Made by a program: the position numbers and the translations under genes | The notes under the pieces: generated by a model | Seen by the model: the letters and a program-made list of their open reading frames with translations, nothing else | Told to the model about the DNA's origin: nothing | Database searches by the model: none | Assembly: GCA_951406725.2 (NCBI GenBank) | Contig: OX597819.1 | Coordinates: 44,082,001-44,146,000 of the forward strand | DNA: 64,000 bases | Direction of reading: 5' to 3' | DNA from: Octopus vulgaris | Lineage: Eukaryota | In this document: positions 13,857 to 27,744 of the stretch, in pieces | Layout: every line of letters begins with the position of its first letter | How positions within the stretch are numbered: the stretch's first letter is position 1

Positions 13857-14026
13857 TATATACGACGAGCTTCTTTCAGTTTCCATCTACCAAATCCACT
13901 CACAAGGCTTTGGTCGGCCCGAGGCTATAGTAAAAAAACACTTGCCTAAGGTTCCACGCCATGGGATTGAACCGAGAACCATGTGGTTGGGAAGCAAACT
14001 TCTTACCACACAACCACACCTGCGCC
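13596..14026 (-). mobile_element. SINE family A, full length
   Basis: Same head, CORE-like block and tail as the other family A copies. Confidence 0.88.
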
Positions 14027-14038
14027 TAAAGGTAAGCG

Positions 14039-14101
14039 TTCCCATAACGAGAATCGAACCTGGGTGAAAACCAGGAATCTTAACCATTAGACCATATGTA
14101 T
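14039..14101 (-). tRNA. tRNA-Glu: tRNA-Glu(UUC) pseudogene with deleted variable loop/T-stem
   Basis: Minus strand CATATGGTCTAATGGTTAAGATTCCTGGTTTTCACCCAGGTTCGATTCTCGTTATGGGAA matches the metazoan tRNA-Glu(TTC) sequence as I recall it. The anticodon arm CCTGG-TTTTCAC-CCAGG is intact, about 8-9 nt are missing before GTTCGA and the acceptor stem is mutated. Confidence 0.8.
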
Positions 14102-15175
14102 GTTTATGTATACATTGACTTGCTATAGAGGACTATAGAGGACTTAAGAATAGATGTATTAGCCAGCATTGTGGTATGACAACTGTGAAGAATACGTCTA
14201 CAGTGTTTTTGCTTGTGGACAAAGAAAGAAGGAACCACTATAGTATAGTTTGTTCCTTGTTGGAATCTTCTTGAGCAGCTATCCACGATTTCTTGCATAT
14301 AAATATGCTAACTATAAGGACTAAAATAAACTGGATTTGCCAATTTGCATATTTGATACTTTTCTAGGCAGCTAGATCGAACATTAAATTACTGGTGCTT
14401 CGTTTCATTGCTATATAAGGTACAAGGGAATATATATAAACAGATTTATTAGATTTATAAGATTTATTGTTTAGAATTATAGTAACACACAGTGAAAGTA
14501 AATCTATAGATATGTTTTATAGTACATAAAAGCAATGAAATAAAACACCGTTTAAACATCAGCAATTTAATGCGTGGTGTGTATGAATATATAACATAAC
14601 GTATATATGCATATATATGTGTGTGTGTGTGCGTCTGTGCGTCTGTGTGTATGTGTGTTGAATTCAATTGTTCACTTTTGTAAAACGAATGCATACAGAA
14701 GAACACTATACATGCTTTATTTAAATTGAATTCATCTTTCGCGATTCGCGTTCCTGCTGTTTTCGCTCACCACAGTTTTTAAGTCGAAATCCTGATGCAG
14801 TCGACTGAGATTCAAGGAGTGTCCTCCCCACCCACATATTTTCCCCGTGCTTGGTCTTGTCTCTGTCTCTAATAAAACGGAACCGATTATTTCAATAAAT
14901 TCTGCAGTTGATTCGACTTGACCTCCTACACCATGCGTAACCTGAACCAGGCCACAATCCACCACGATCCGCTGCAATCCACCATTTTGATCTACAATGC
15001 ACAATCCCATGTATTGCGCGCCACTTCACTCAACCACCACACATGACCTCCGTCCCACTGCATTACATTGCTTTACAGTCATCTACACTGCACCGTGAAA
15101 ATCAAACCTGAATCATACACCTCAGCATTACACCACACTTCACCGCATCACATTTCCTCGTATTCTACTATTCCA

Positions 15176-15976
15176 GTCTTTTACTCTTTTACTTGTTTCA
15201 GTCATTTGACTGTGGCCATGCTGGAGCACCGCCTTTAGTCGAGCAAATCGACCCCAGGACTTATTCTTTGTAAGCCTAGTACTTATTCTATCGTTCTCTT
15301 TTGCCGAACCGCTAAGTTACGGGGACATAAACACACCAGCATCGATTGTCAAGCGATGTTGTGCGGGGACAAACACAGACACACAAACATATACACACAC
15401 ATGCATATATATATATACGTGCAAAACGCCCCTCGTCCAATGGGCGGTGCTGAGTTGTCAAACATTTAAAGCAAATTTTCTCAAAACAACTTGTCCGACC
15501 ATCCCATAGGCCTCCCCTTTGAGAAACACTGATTTAACCTAAATTTGAGACACCAGCAAAAGAAGAAATAAAGATAGACTTTTTTCTATTCCAAGAAAAA
15601 CGTTTTTACAAATGCACGTTCCCACGGCTTTATCGATTGCATTCTCACCTGGAATCTATTTTTGTAATTTTTTCAAGACTTATATACGCCCTGATACCGT
15701 CGGTATCTACATATCAAATTTGAGCGCAATCGGATGGAGGATGCCCGAGATCCTAGGAGACACACACACACAGAGAGAGAACGGATTTTATATAATAGAT
15801 ATATGCATATATACGACGGGCTTCTTTCAGTTTCCGTCTACCAAATCCATTCACAAGGCTTTGGTCGGTCCGAGGCTATAGTAGAAGACCCCTGCCCAAA
15901 TTGCAACGCAGTGGGACTGAACCCGGAACCATGTTGTTGGTAAGCAAGCTACTTACCACAGAGCCACTTCTACGCC
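15176..15976 (-). mobile_element. SINE family A split by a Helitron-like insertion
   Basis: Tail half 15176-15417 and head half 15800-15976 are both high-identity family A sequence. Confidence 0.88.
15418..15799 (-). mobile_element. Non-autonomous Helitron-like element
   Basis: Minus strand starts A|TCTATTATATAAAATCCGTTCTCTCTC and ends with a GC hairpin (cgccc...gggcg) about 10 nt from the end. The terminus is CACG rather than CTRR. A related 5' stub lies at about 31947-31990. Confidence 0.6.
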
Positions 15977-16895
15977 TACTAGAACAATAAAGAATCCTAG
16001 TGTACGCTATCCTATATTTCATCTCACCGTATTATGCTCTACCACGATCCGCTACACTCCACCATTTTGAACTACACTCCACCATTTTGAACTCCACTCC
16101 ACTACCCTGCATCACATTCCATAACACAACATACATATCACTTTATTGCACATAAACTTTAGCAACAAAATCTTATGTAGACCGCCCCCCAAAGGGCCTT
16201 ATAAACCCCCAGTTAAGAACCACTCGTTTTAAGGATATACTGCAAATTATAGTCTACAGATGGGATGGTTAGGCAGCTGCGGCGGTGGCGACGGCATCCG
16301 CGTGTGATCGCTGGATCAGTTTGAAATAGCAAGCAAAAATTCCCACGAATCATATATTTTCGTTTTAAACGAAAAAAGATAACCTATTGTTAAGCATGAA
16401 TCAAATACTCTTGAAAAATTGACTCCAGGGATAAACAGTAACGAAAGAGGAATGATAAAACTGAAACATGCCCCTAACGGGATTTGAACTCGGATTGTAA
16501 CTGGATAGAGATTAGCACTTTACAATGAACTTTTTTCTCTGGGAGCTCTACTGATTCCGCCGCTTGGACAGCTGTAACAATGCTAAATATAAAAATGTTC
16601 TGGATTTAATTTGATTGGTTGAGTTAGTTATCAGCTTGTCAATCAATACGGTGATTTAACATGGGCAAGGAAAAAAAAATGGTGCATTGTATCAATATAA
16701 CGTTGTTTTTAAAATGGCTTCCAGTAATATTAGATATCTGTATTAGGGAAAGGAGCGCGAGTAGGTGAGAGGGAGAGAAATAAAGAGAAAGAGAAAGAGA
16801 GAGAGAGAGAGATACGAGAAATATCGGCGATGAAAGAGAGGAGAAACAGAAAACAAAATGCGTATATATATGTATGTATGCATATATATATATGT

Positions 16896-16940
<45 letters not shown>

Positions 16941-17769
16941 TGCGTGTGCGTGTGTGTGTATGTGTGTGTATATGTATATGTATGCTTGCATATATATATG
17001 TAATACGCGCATATACATATGTATATTTGCATGTATATATGCATATATTATGCGCGCATGTATGTATGTATGTATGTATATACGTAGTAGATAGACGTAC
17101 GTGTAACCAAGCAGTTCTGCTTTAGTTCCTCCCTTTCTTCCTCCGTACATACATACGAACATATATACATACACATATACATACACATACACATACACCC
17201 ATATCTGTATGTATGCGTATATGTATGCATATACGCATTCACACTCACACACGCGCGCGCGCGCTCACACAGTTTCGAGATAGATAGAGCGAGAGAGAGA
17301 GTGAAAGAGAGGGAAAGAGAAAGAAAGAAAGAAAGAAAGGAAGAGAAACAGAGCCAGAGTAAGAGACACAGAGAAACAGAAACAGACAGAGAGAAATAGA
17401 GAGAAATAGAGAGAAACAGAAACAGACAGAGAGAAATAGAGAGAAATAGAGAGAAACAGAGAATGAGTGGACAAATCTGGCAGTGTTATATGATATTGTC
17501 ACACGATATTGTTGGTGTCCAGTAAAGTGTTAACTCATGTATTATGACCAATTCTTTTACTGGAGGCGTTAACGAACCTTTCCCTTTCAGTTCAAAATTA
17601 ATTACTGTTGTGCTTTACCCTCAAGAACTCCTCCAGCTAACGGCTGGGCAAACTGTCATTCATTCCGTCTTGATTGGATTCATAGAAAGCTATTTCATTC
17701 ACCAATCGTATGATATGCTTCACTGAGTCTTCCTGCACCCATCTCTCTGTGTGTTTGTCTCTTTTATGG

Positions 17770-17851
<82 letters not shown>

Positions 17852-17871
17852 GAATTTAGCATTCTCAGTAT

Positions 17872-17933
<62 letters not shown>

Positions 17934-18017
17934 ATGTGTGTGTGTGTGTATGTGTGTGCGTGTGTGTGTGTGTGTGTATAATGTGAGGTCTCTACATACA
18001 TACATACGTACACACAC

Positions 18018-18055
<38 letters not shown>

Positions 18056-18315
18056 GTATGTATATCTGTATGTATATATACAATATATACATGTATGTGT
18101 GTATGTATGTATGTGTGTGTGCATGTATATGTATGTTCATATGTATATATATATATATACATACATATATACGCATGTATGCATGTATATATTTATATAT
18201 ATGTAAGTGTGTGGGTGTGTTTATATGTATGTACATCGACGTGCACATTTACTTAAGTATATGCATATATTTGCATGCATACACACATACATATATTTAT
18301 GTATATAAGAATATA

Positions 18316-18359
<44 letters not shown>

Positions 18360-18529
18360 ATCATATACGCAACCATATATGTATACACACACCCATTGAT
18401 ATGTATATGCTCATGTATATATGTGCATACTTACCGTTACATTCATGTGTATATACATACGTACATACATACACACAGACACACACATACACACACACAC
18501 ATACATACATGCATACGTACATACATAGT

Positions 18530-19215
18530 TCATATTTCTTTATCTCTGTAGGTCAGTTTTTCCCCTTTCTTCTAGCACACTTCTCATTCCCGCCCAGTCT
18601 CTTTCGTTTACACTCGTTCTCTCTTTCATTTACACTCGTTCTGTCCCTCAATCTCTATATTCAGCAATTCTTTTCTTTCCTCTTTACTTTTGCGCATATT
18701 ATCTCCTTTAACCCATCCTTTCCCTCCCACTATCTGTATCTTCCCAGAATTCATCACTCTAATCCACCTCTTCCGTATCTCCCTCTCACTATCTCACTCC
18801 ATCTCACCCTCTGTCTCCTTCCATCTCTTTTCCTCTGTCCTCTCTCTCTCTTTGTACCCCATCTCTCTCTCTTATCTGTCACTTTTCCTCACATGTCTCC
18901 CTTTGTTTACTTACTCTTCTTTTTTTCCCACACATTTCTCACCCTCTCTCATATTATTTACCTTAAAGTTTCCCTCCCGCGCTTCTCTTCACTTCTCGTT
19001 CTTTTCTATTTCTTTCTCCTCCTATTGTCTTCTCTCATCCAATATTCAATGTTATTCCACACATTTGCTACTAACTTTCATAATATTCACATTCTTATTC
19101 TCCTTCTCTATTTCATTCTCTTTCTTCCCCTTCTTTTCCTCTTCTTCCTTTTCCACGTATCTGTTTCTCACTATCATTTACTTTTCCACAAAAACTTCTC
19201 GCTCCCCGCTTCTGT
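18530..19215. repeat. Degenerate polypyrimidine (CT-rich) tract
   Basis: About 680 bp strongly depleted of G on the plus strand, without a clear period. Confidence 0.8.
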
Positions 19216-19956
19216 ATGCATGTATGTATGTATGTATGTATGTATGTATGTATGTATGTATGTATGTATGTATGTATGTATGTATGTATGTATGTATGTA
19301 TGTATGTATGTATGAATGTATGTATGTATGCATGTATGTACGGATGTCTGTGTGAATATATTTATATATATATATATGTATATTTTCATATTACGCCCTC
19401 TTACATAATTGTGCTTAATCTGCTATCATGAACTGCACTTGTTTCCAATTACAACCCAAGGACGAGACACCGATGATTCACAGCCACCCAACCACCACGT
19501 CCTCAGTTCTCTCCATCTAACTCCTCCGATCCATTTATAGACAATAACAACCGAAAATACAAATTCACAAAAAATTTTTATCATCAACTTTCAATTAGTT
19601 AGCAGTTTTCACATTCATTTAACACTTCTGTACCATCTTATTTAGAACTAAACTCTAACTCCACCCGCATACTGTGTCTTAATCATCCCATGCACTGCCC
19701 TCACACTATATCGCAATAGCCTACACCAGCACTCTGCTGTCACCACCACAACGTGCAAAAACTTCTCTACCTTTGACATTAATCCAACGTCATCTCTGTA
19801 AATGCCACTTATATCATCGCAATGAACACGACGTCATCATTACTACTGCATCTGCTACAACCACCACTGCTGCCGAGCTGCCACCGCTATCGCTACCGCT
19901 ACCGCTGTCACCGTTACCCCCGCCGCCGCCGCCACCACCACCACCACCACCACCAT

Positions 19957-20000
<44 letters not shown>

Positions 20001-20567
20001 TCACTATCTTCCCAATATCATCACTAACATCACCACCGCTACTACCTTCAATTCCATCACCAACGATGGAGTTCTCGAGCCAACGAGAGAACTTCTACAT
20101 GGTGGCTTGACATGCTAGACATAACAGTCAAACATCTTTCTATATAAAAAAACTTTAACGTTTTAAAGAAGGAACGAACGTACATGGTATATAGTCCAAC
20201 ATATCATTTAAAAAAGACTGCATGATCATGGCTAGATTGTCTTTGATCATATGTCTACATGATAAGGTTTGACTGGGAAATAAACAGCAATGCCAACAAA
20301 GGCCGTTACTTCCACTACTACGACCTTCTCAATCACCGCCGCCGTCACCGCCACTGCCGTCGCCGTTGCTGTCCCCGCCACCGCTGTCGCCGCAACGGCC
20401 ACTGTCACAGTCGCCATCATGGTCGCCGCGCTGCTACACCCTTGAGGTTGTACTTACAGAGTTGACCTCGGCGGAATATGAACTCAGAATGTAAATGCTG
20501 GAAGAAATACCGCTTAGCAAGCATTTTGTTCGACACGCTAACAATTTTGAAAACTTGCGTACTTTCA

Positions 20568-21206
<639 letters not shown>

Positions 21207-21569
21207 CCCCCAGTGTTCAATTGTCATTTATTTTACCGATCTCCAGAGGATGAAAGGCAAAATTGACGGCAGCGGAATTTGAACTCGGAACGTAGACTGA
21301 GGAAATACCACTAAGCATTTTGCTAATGATTCTGCCAGTTCACCACCTTAAACATTTCTATATTATTAAACATTAAATCGGGAAATTTAGCAGAATTGGA
21401 AGTGTCAGAAAAAAAGAATAAAATTTAAACCAATCTTTTTAAGTTCAGAGTTTAAATTCCGCTAAGGTCAGTTTCTTTTTCTTTGGTTTTCTGGGGTCGA
21501 TAAAATAAATTAGTGGACTGCATCCTACACAAAAATAAGTGCCTTGTGATTATAGCAGGAACAATTATT

Positions 21570-22400
21570 GGTTTCAAGTTGTGGTACCAGGCCAGCAAGT
21601 TCGTAGGAAGGTGGAGTAGACGATTGCATCAACTTCAGTGCTTAACTGGCACTTCTTTTATCGACTTTGAGAGGATAAATGGTGAAATTTGAACTCAGAA
21701 CGTGAAGACGGACAAAATGCCGCTAAGCGGTATTGCCCGGCGCAATAACGATTCTGCCAGCTAACTGTCCTAATACTCCTTTCCACTATAAGCACAAGGC
21801 TTGAAATTGTGTGTGGGGGGAGGGAGGGGGGCTAGTCGAATACATCGACTCCAGTGTTTCACTGGTATTTAATTTATCAATCCCGCAAGGATGAAAGTCA
21901 AAGTTGACCTCGGTGGAATTTGAACTCAGAACGTGAAGACGGACAAAATGCCGCTAAGTAGTATTGTCCAACGCAATAACGATTTTGCTTGCTCACCGTC
22001 CTAATAGTCCTTTCTACCATAGGAACAAGGCCCGAAATTGTAGTGGTGGTAGTGGTGGTGAGGGGTGGATAGTCGATTATTTATCAACTCCGAAAGGATG
22101 AAAGGCAAAGTCGACCTCGGTGGAGTTTGAACTCAGAACGTAGCGACGGACGAAATACTGCTAAGAATTTCGTCCACCGTGATAACGATTCTCTTCTACT
22201 CTAGGCACAAGGCCCGAAATTTTGGGGGAGGGGGCCAGTCGATTAGATCGACCCCAGTACGCAACTGGTACTTAATTTATCGACTCCGAAAGGATGAAAG
22301 GCAAAGTCGGCCTCGGTGGAATTTGAACTCAGAACGTAGCGACGGGCGAAATACTGCTAAGCATTTCGTCCACTGTGCTAACGATTCTGCCTGCTCGCTG
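21570..22400 (-). mobile_element. Head-to-tail array of four SINE family B copies
   Basis: The blocks ggatgaaaggcaaagtcgacctcggtggaatttgaactcagaacgt and ggcacaaggcccgaaattt recur with a period of about 200 bp. Confidence 0.85.
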
Positions 22401-23720
22401 ATTTTCGTCAGCCTAATAATAAAAATAATTATTAAAATGTTATTGATATTTTATATTTTTCTTTGAGGTTTGATGAAAATTGTCAGTTGAGAGATTCGTA
22501 TGTCAGTAGAACTATGTTGTGCTATTTAGTTTTCACTTGGATCAGCTTTAACTTTCATCCTTCCCAGGTCGATTAATTAAGCAATCAGTCAAGTAATGGC
22601 GTCATTCTAAATAACTGTACGCGTCCACAACATGCTTGAACATGTGACTATGTAAGAAATGAATTTTAAATGAAATAAGATGGTGGATTTTCAGAAACGG
22701 TAGAGCGTTAGGAAAAATATACTGTATTTATTCTGGCTTTTTCAGTTTCTGTGTTCATTTCAAACCGAGTGAAAATTTCGCCTTCCATTCTTACAAGTTC
22801 GATAAAATATGATAAGTGTGCCTACCAAGTACTCGTAATCGATATAATCAACTGTTCCCCACCCACATGCAAAATTCCAGATCTTAATTCTATATAAGTA
22901 AACATATCAAGTGTGTTTGCTGTATGCAAAATGAAATGATGACCAGTCCGTCTGCCAAAGTTCCACAGAATTTAAATTTCGTCATTTAACAAAACGATAA
23001 AGAAAAAGAACAAAGAAAAAAAGAAACAAAAACGAAACAAAAAACCAAAAAAAAAAAACAAAGAAAAAAAAACACAGCAACATAGTTGGAGGTTTGTCTT
23101 CATTTCACAAAATTTCGAAGTTGGTCAACTAAGTAATTATAGTAGATTTTATTACACTATTATGGTTCCATGTATATATTTTAATGGTGCTAATGTAAAG
23201 TGCATTCCTGAACCTAGTAGCTAAGCAGCTGACATTTATGATCCACATGATAGAATTTATGGACGTTACATTCGGTGTTTATAGTTGCGGTGTTATGTTC
23301 AACTACGGTTAAATGCTGATGCTTTCATATAAAGATTCTACTTTAAATCTTTATATGAAAGCAAGTCTGCTTCGCTTATTGATATGAAAAACAGAAAATT
23401 ATCGACAATTTTAAGAGTATGATTTCTTCTTCCTTTGTTTTCGTAATCAGATTTGCTTATTTTTATGTACACTTTACCTGCTGCCCTACAAGATATTAGC
23501 AATCGAAAAACCAGACTTGCAAAATTCTTGTGAGAATTTAGTTAAATCATTCATTTTCCGAGTGTCAAATTTCGCAGAGGTACGAAGCAGGGTTTCAAGT
23601 AAAATCGAAAATTTGAGACACTTATGTCCCTAAGTTAACAGTTTTACAGAGTTGCGGTAATAATTCAGCTAACCGATTTCAACTTCCGTTGGGAAATATG
23701 AAGTATTACATCTACGTTGT

Positions 23721-23767
<47 letters not shown>

Positions 23768-23904
23768 CACACACACACATACATACATACATACATACAT
23801 ACATACATACATACATACATACATACATACATACATACGTACGCACATACATACATATATACATACATGCATACATACATACACACACACATACACACAC
23901 ACAA

Positions 23905-23942
<38 letters not shown>

Positions 23943-24274
23943 GTATGTATATGGAATGAAGTTCAAAGATACCAAAATATGACGATTTGTAGCCATCTAT
24001 TTTAGTATGATGGGGATGATGATGATGATGTTAAAGATGACGACGACAGCGGTGGCGACGGCGACGACCACGATCACGACGGTGATAATGATGATGACGA
24101 CGATGATTATAATCAAGATGAGAATGAAGATGAGGATGATGACGATTAGGGGTGATGAGGATGATGAGGATGATAATGACGACCATTTGTTACTCGTTGA
24201 ATCTCTGCTCTCAGATAATGACCAGTAAGTAGTCCAGCAGATAATCTAGCTGAATACACTGAAATTTATTTTTA

Positions 24275-25507
24275 TATCAGGTTGAGTAAAAACTAATCAA
24301 CGTTTTGAACCATGAAGAATTTGTACCGAATTTTTGCAGAATTTTGAACTTTTTTCTAGACATGTATTTGCAATTGTCTGATAATACAGATATAGACTAA
24401 ATTAACATTGATATTTTTTTTCACCGTTGCTACAATCATCTGAAATGGAACCGTGAAAGCGCGATATTCGAGCAATTTTGCTATTCAACTTCAAAAATGT
24501 ACGGAAAGCAGCTGAAACTGTTCGCGCTATCAACGAAAGGTTTGGTGAGGAGATGACCAGTGAGTGGTCAGCTGGAAAATAGTTTAAATGATTTCGCAGT
24601 GGATACCTGAGCCTTGAAGATTGTAAGCGTAATGTACGCCCATCTGTCATCGATGACAGTCAATTAAAGACCGTCATTGAGAAAGATCCACGTAAAACCA
24701 CTCAAGAACTGGCAAAAAGACTTCAAGTTAGCCAGAAAACTGTCTGTAACCATTTGCATGCGAACAGAAAATCAAAAAAGCACGACACAATTTGAATGAA
24801 AATCAGAAAATGGCACTGATATGAAATTTGCTCGTTGCTTCTTCTCCATAACCAGACCGATCCATTTCTTGACTTGCAATGAAAAGTGGATTCTGTACAA
24901 TAATAAAAAACGTTCTTCGCAGTGGTTGAACCAAAATGAAGCACCGAAAACCTTCCCTAAATCCTAGCTCTTCAAAAAAAAGCTTATGGTGACTGTTTGG
25001 TGGTGTTCTGCTGGACTCATCCACTATAACTTCTTAAAACCCGGAAAGACCATTACTGCAGAAACATATTGCCATGAAATCGCCAAAATGAACGAAAAAC
25101 TGATACTCCTCGGTCCCATACTGGTTAACAAAAGAGGGTCAATCATTCTTCATGACTCTACTCGACCACACGTTTCACTAATGACGCTCCAGATGTTTAA
25201 GGAACTTGGCTACGAAGTTCTTCCCCACCCAATTTAATCCTCAGCCCTTTCTCCTACCGACTACCACTTTTTCAAGCACCTTGATAGTTTCGTGCAAAAG
25301 AAGGAGCTGAAAGTGCATTCAAAGAGTTCATCAGATCCAAAACTCTATATTTTTATGTTATCGGAATAAACAAACTTGTAACTCGTTGGCAAAAATGTGT
25401 TGATTGTAGCAGTATTTACTTTGATGAATAAAATTTCCGTATTGTTGAAATATATTGGAAGGAATTTCGTGTTTCAAAACGTTGCTTACTTTCTACTTAG
25501 CCTGATA
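24275..25507 (+). mobile_element. Full-length decayed mariner DNA transposon (Hsmar1/cecropia-like)
   Basis: Imperfect TIRs TA-TCAGGTTGAGTAAAAACTAATCAACGTTTTGAACCATGAA and, reverse-complemented, TA-TCAGGCTAAGTAGAAAGTAAGCAACGTTTTGAAACACGAA; TA duplication; about 1.23 kb. Confidence 0.92.
24445..25431 (+). pseudogene. Mariner transposase pseudogene
   Basis: IRAILLFNFK..RKAAET, TCNEKWILYNN, MVTVWWCSAGLIHYNFLKPG.TIT, ILHDSTRPH, LGYEVLPHP, LSPTDYHFFKHLD, RWQKCVDC..YFDE*; several stops and frameshifts. Confidence 0.92.
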
Positions 25508-27744
25508 TAATTATCATTTTGGCTTTGGTTCTGAACATTTTCAGCTACTCTCACATTAAAATATAATATAGACACAGGTATGCCTATATTTATACTTATC
25601 TTTATTCCTTCACGCAAGAACACAAGAATTATAAGAATAAATTTTCTTTTACTAGCTAGGGTTGAAGGAAAAGGGCAGCACTCACCACTTTTGCAGGCTT
25701 TCCTAGACCGATGAGAGATTTTAGTGCCATGAATGTTCTTAAACTTTTGTAAGTCAAGACCTAGGAGTCTCACTTGAGCTTTGTCGCTTATCAATACTTG
25801 TTGGAGATTGAAGTATCGTCTGGCCTTGAAAAGAAGGGGCCAGTATTTGGAATGCAGCCCTATGTTTAGGCTGTGTTTTCATACTGCACATACATATATG
25901 AGCCAAATACCTATTTATACTTTGGCCAAATGAACAGCTAGGAAAAGCAGTCCAATCTTTCATCTCATATTTGAATGAAAGATCATATTAGATAGTACTG
26001 TGTTATATATAAACCACCAGAGATGTGTATAATACAAGATAGGTTGCAAAGGTTTTGTCCACCCACTTTTAGTAAGGCAAATAATAATGTAAAAAAAGCT
26101 TGAATATTTTTCAAATTATTATTTTTATTTATCAATATATTTTAATAAAACGAAATGAAAAGGTGATATATTGAATTATAGTAGATTATCTAAAATTTTA
26201 GCCGTTGTGCAGTATTGATTGTCATAGATACTGTTGTAGGGTATTAAGACAATTTAGCTCCATCAATCACAAATTATGATGATTGTTATTCATAGTGGAC
26301 TTTTATAGTAAGAATATTTACAGTAATAGTGGAAAGACAGTATAGTCGAGGTTATAAAATCTTTTTTAATCAGTATTTTGTTGTAGTTGTTGCAACCCGA
26401 AGATTCAGTCACGGTAAGAAAATACAGAACGTGCATATCCAAACATAGATTTATACATACATAATCTTCGTATGTAAAAATGTGATAAGCTTCAAGTGTA
26501 CGAAAGCTCCCTCGAGTTGGATTTTCGCTCCATCGTTTAGAAGCCACTTCCACTTTGGTAGCGTAATATGAGCAAGTGGAGAAGGCTAGCCACTGGATTT
26601 GGTTAAAAAGAGACGATCAGCAATGGCTAGAAGGATATTGAGCTTTATTTGATAACCAGCTGATCTAGCAAGCGGGGCCTCATATCAGTGAGTGTGGGGG
26701 GTGGGGTGCGCATTGATGCCATCGAGAGGTAGGCCCCGAAACGGCGCGCATTCTCTCCTGATGACCCTATACACTTGCTGGCTTCCGGTATGCGGAGTTT
26801 TTGACTGGTAACACCTGCATGTGCAAGTTGTTTGCAAGACATCAGATATTGGCTAACTAGTGGCTTTATCTCATAGGTTAAAATCCTGTTGTCACCCTGT
26901 AACACAATGCGGGCAAGTGTGCAGAGATGACAGAAAATTAAATTTCAGCTAAGAGGGGTTATAGAAGCATTCGAAAGCAAACCTATTGTAGGAAAAAAAA
27001 AACAATGTGACAACAAAACTTTTATAGTGTTATAGTTGTGACTATAGTTGTGAGAGTGGGAGGCCGCCTTGGAAAGAACGAAGACGAAGGCAAAAGAAGA
27101 GAGTTGCAAAATACACAAAGAGGGTTCCTTTGCGGTATGAAAGTTGTATGGTCGTGAGATGAAACAATATGACCTGCAGATCAAAGCTGGCATCCTGGAA
27201 TGTTAAAAATGTTGACAATTTATTGTATGAGGAAGAGTTCTTAGGAGCCGATTTCAAGAAAAAGACCATCAGACAAGCTTTCCCTGAGGATGTTGTCTAT
27301 TTCTTTTACCCAATTTAGAATAAAATTACGTATGGGCACCTACTTCTGACAGTAGAGGCTAAGTGTTATAAAAATAATGAAAAAGAAAATTCTTAGCAAA
27401 TGAAAGCGTGTGTATGATATGAAGGCGTGTGTGTGATATGAAGGCGTGTGTATAATATAAAAGAGTGTGTATGTTAGTTACCACTATGTTGACATTGGAT
27501 GAGTCTAAAACTTACAAACACTTTATAAATATCAAAATCCGACGAAGACTTCACGTTGAATCAATTTCTATGGAATTCCTCCAAGAGCTCTTAGTTTTAT
27601 TTGCAACAGCGAAATGTCAGTATGATAGCTTTTTCATCTCAATTTTTGTCTCTTTGGGAAATTGGGAAACTGAGCAATGCAGCGTTAAGTCATTAAACTG
27701 TAAAAGAACAGTTTTAAATATGGTGGCTGTTCAAGACAAAATGA

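Noticed and set aside
18275-19315. 346-aa ORF, the longest in the track
   Set aside because: Made of microsatellites plus a polypyrimidine tract that is depleted of stop codons; overlapping frames are also open and no domain is recognisable.
21570-22400. Regularly spaced repeats superficially like a CRISPR array
   Set aside because: The units are about 200-bp SINE copies without unique spacers, in eukaryotic DNA with no cas genes.
25660-25970. Possible CR1/L2 C-terminal remnant on the minus strand
   Set aside because: Similarity to the RP.LEY...W.P region needs several assumed frameshifts; too weak to call.
26715-26790. cgaaac...ctgatga words suggesting a permuted hammerhead
   Set aside because: The required stems do not form.
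27180-27215. KLASWNVK, like the start of a LINE AP endonuclease
   Set aside because: No further endonuclease motifs follow; a single short motif is insufficient.
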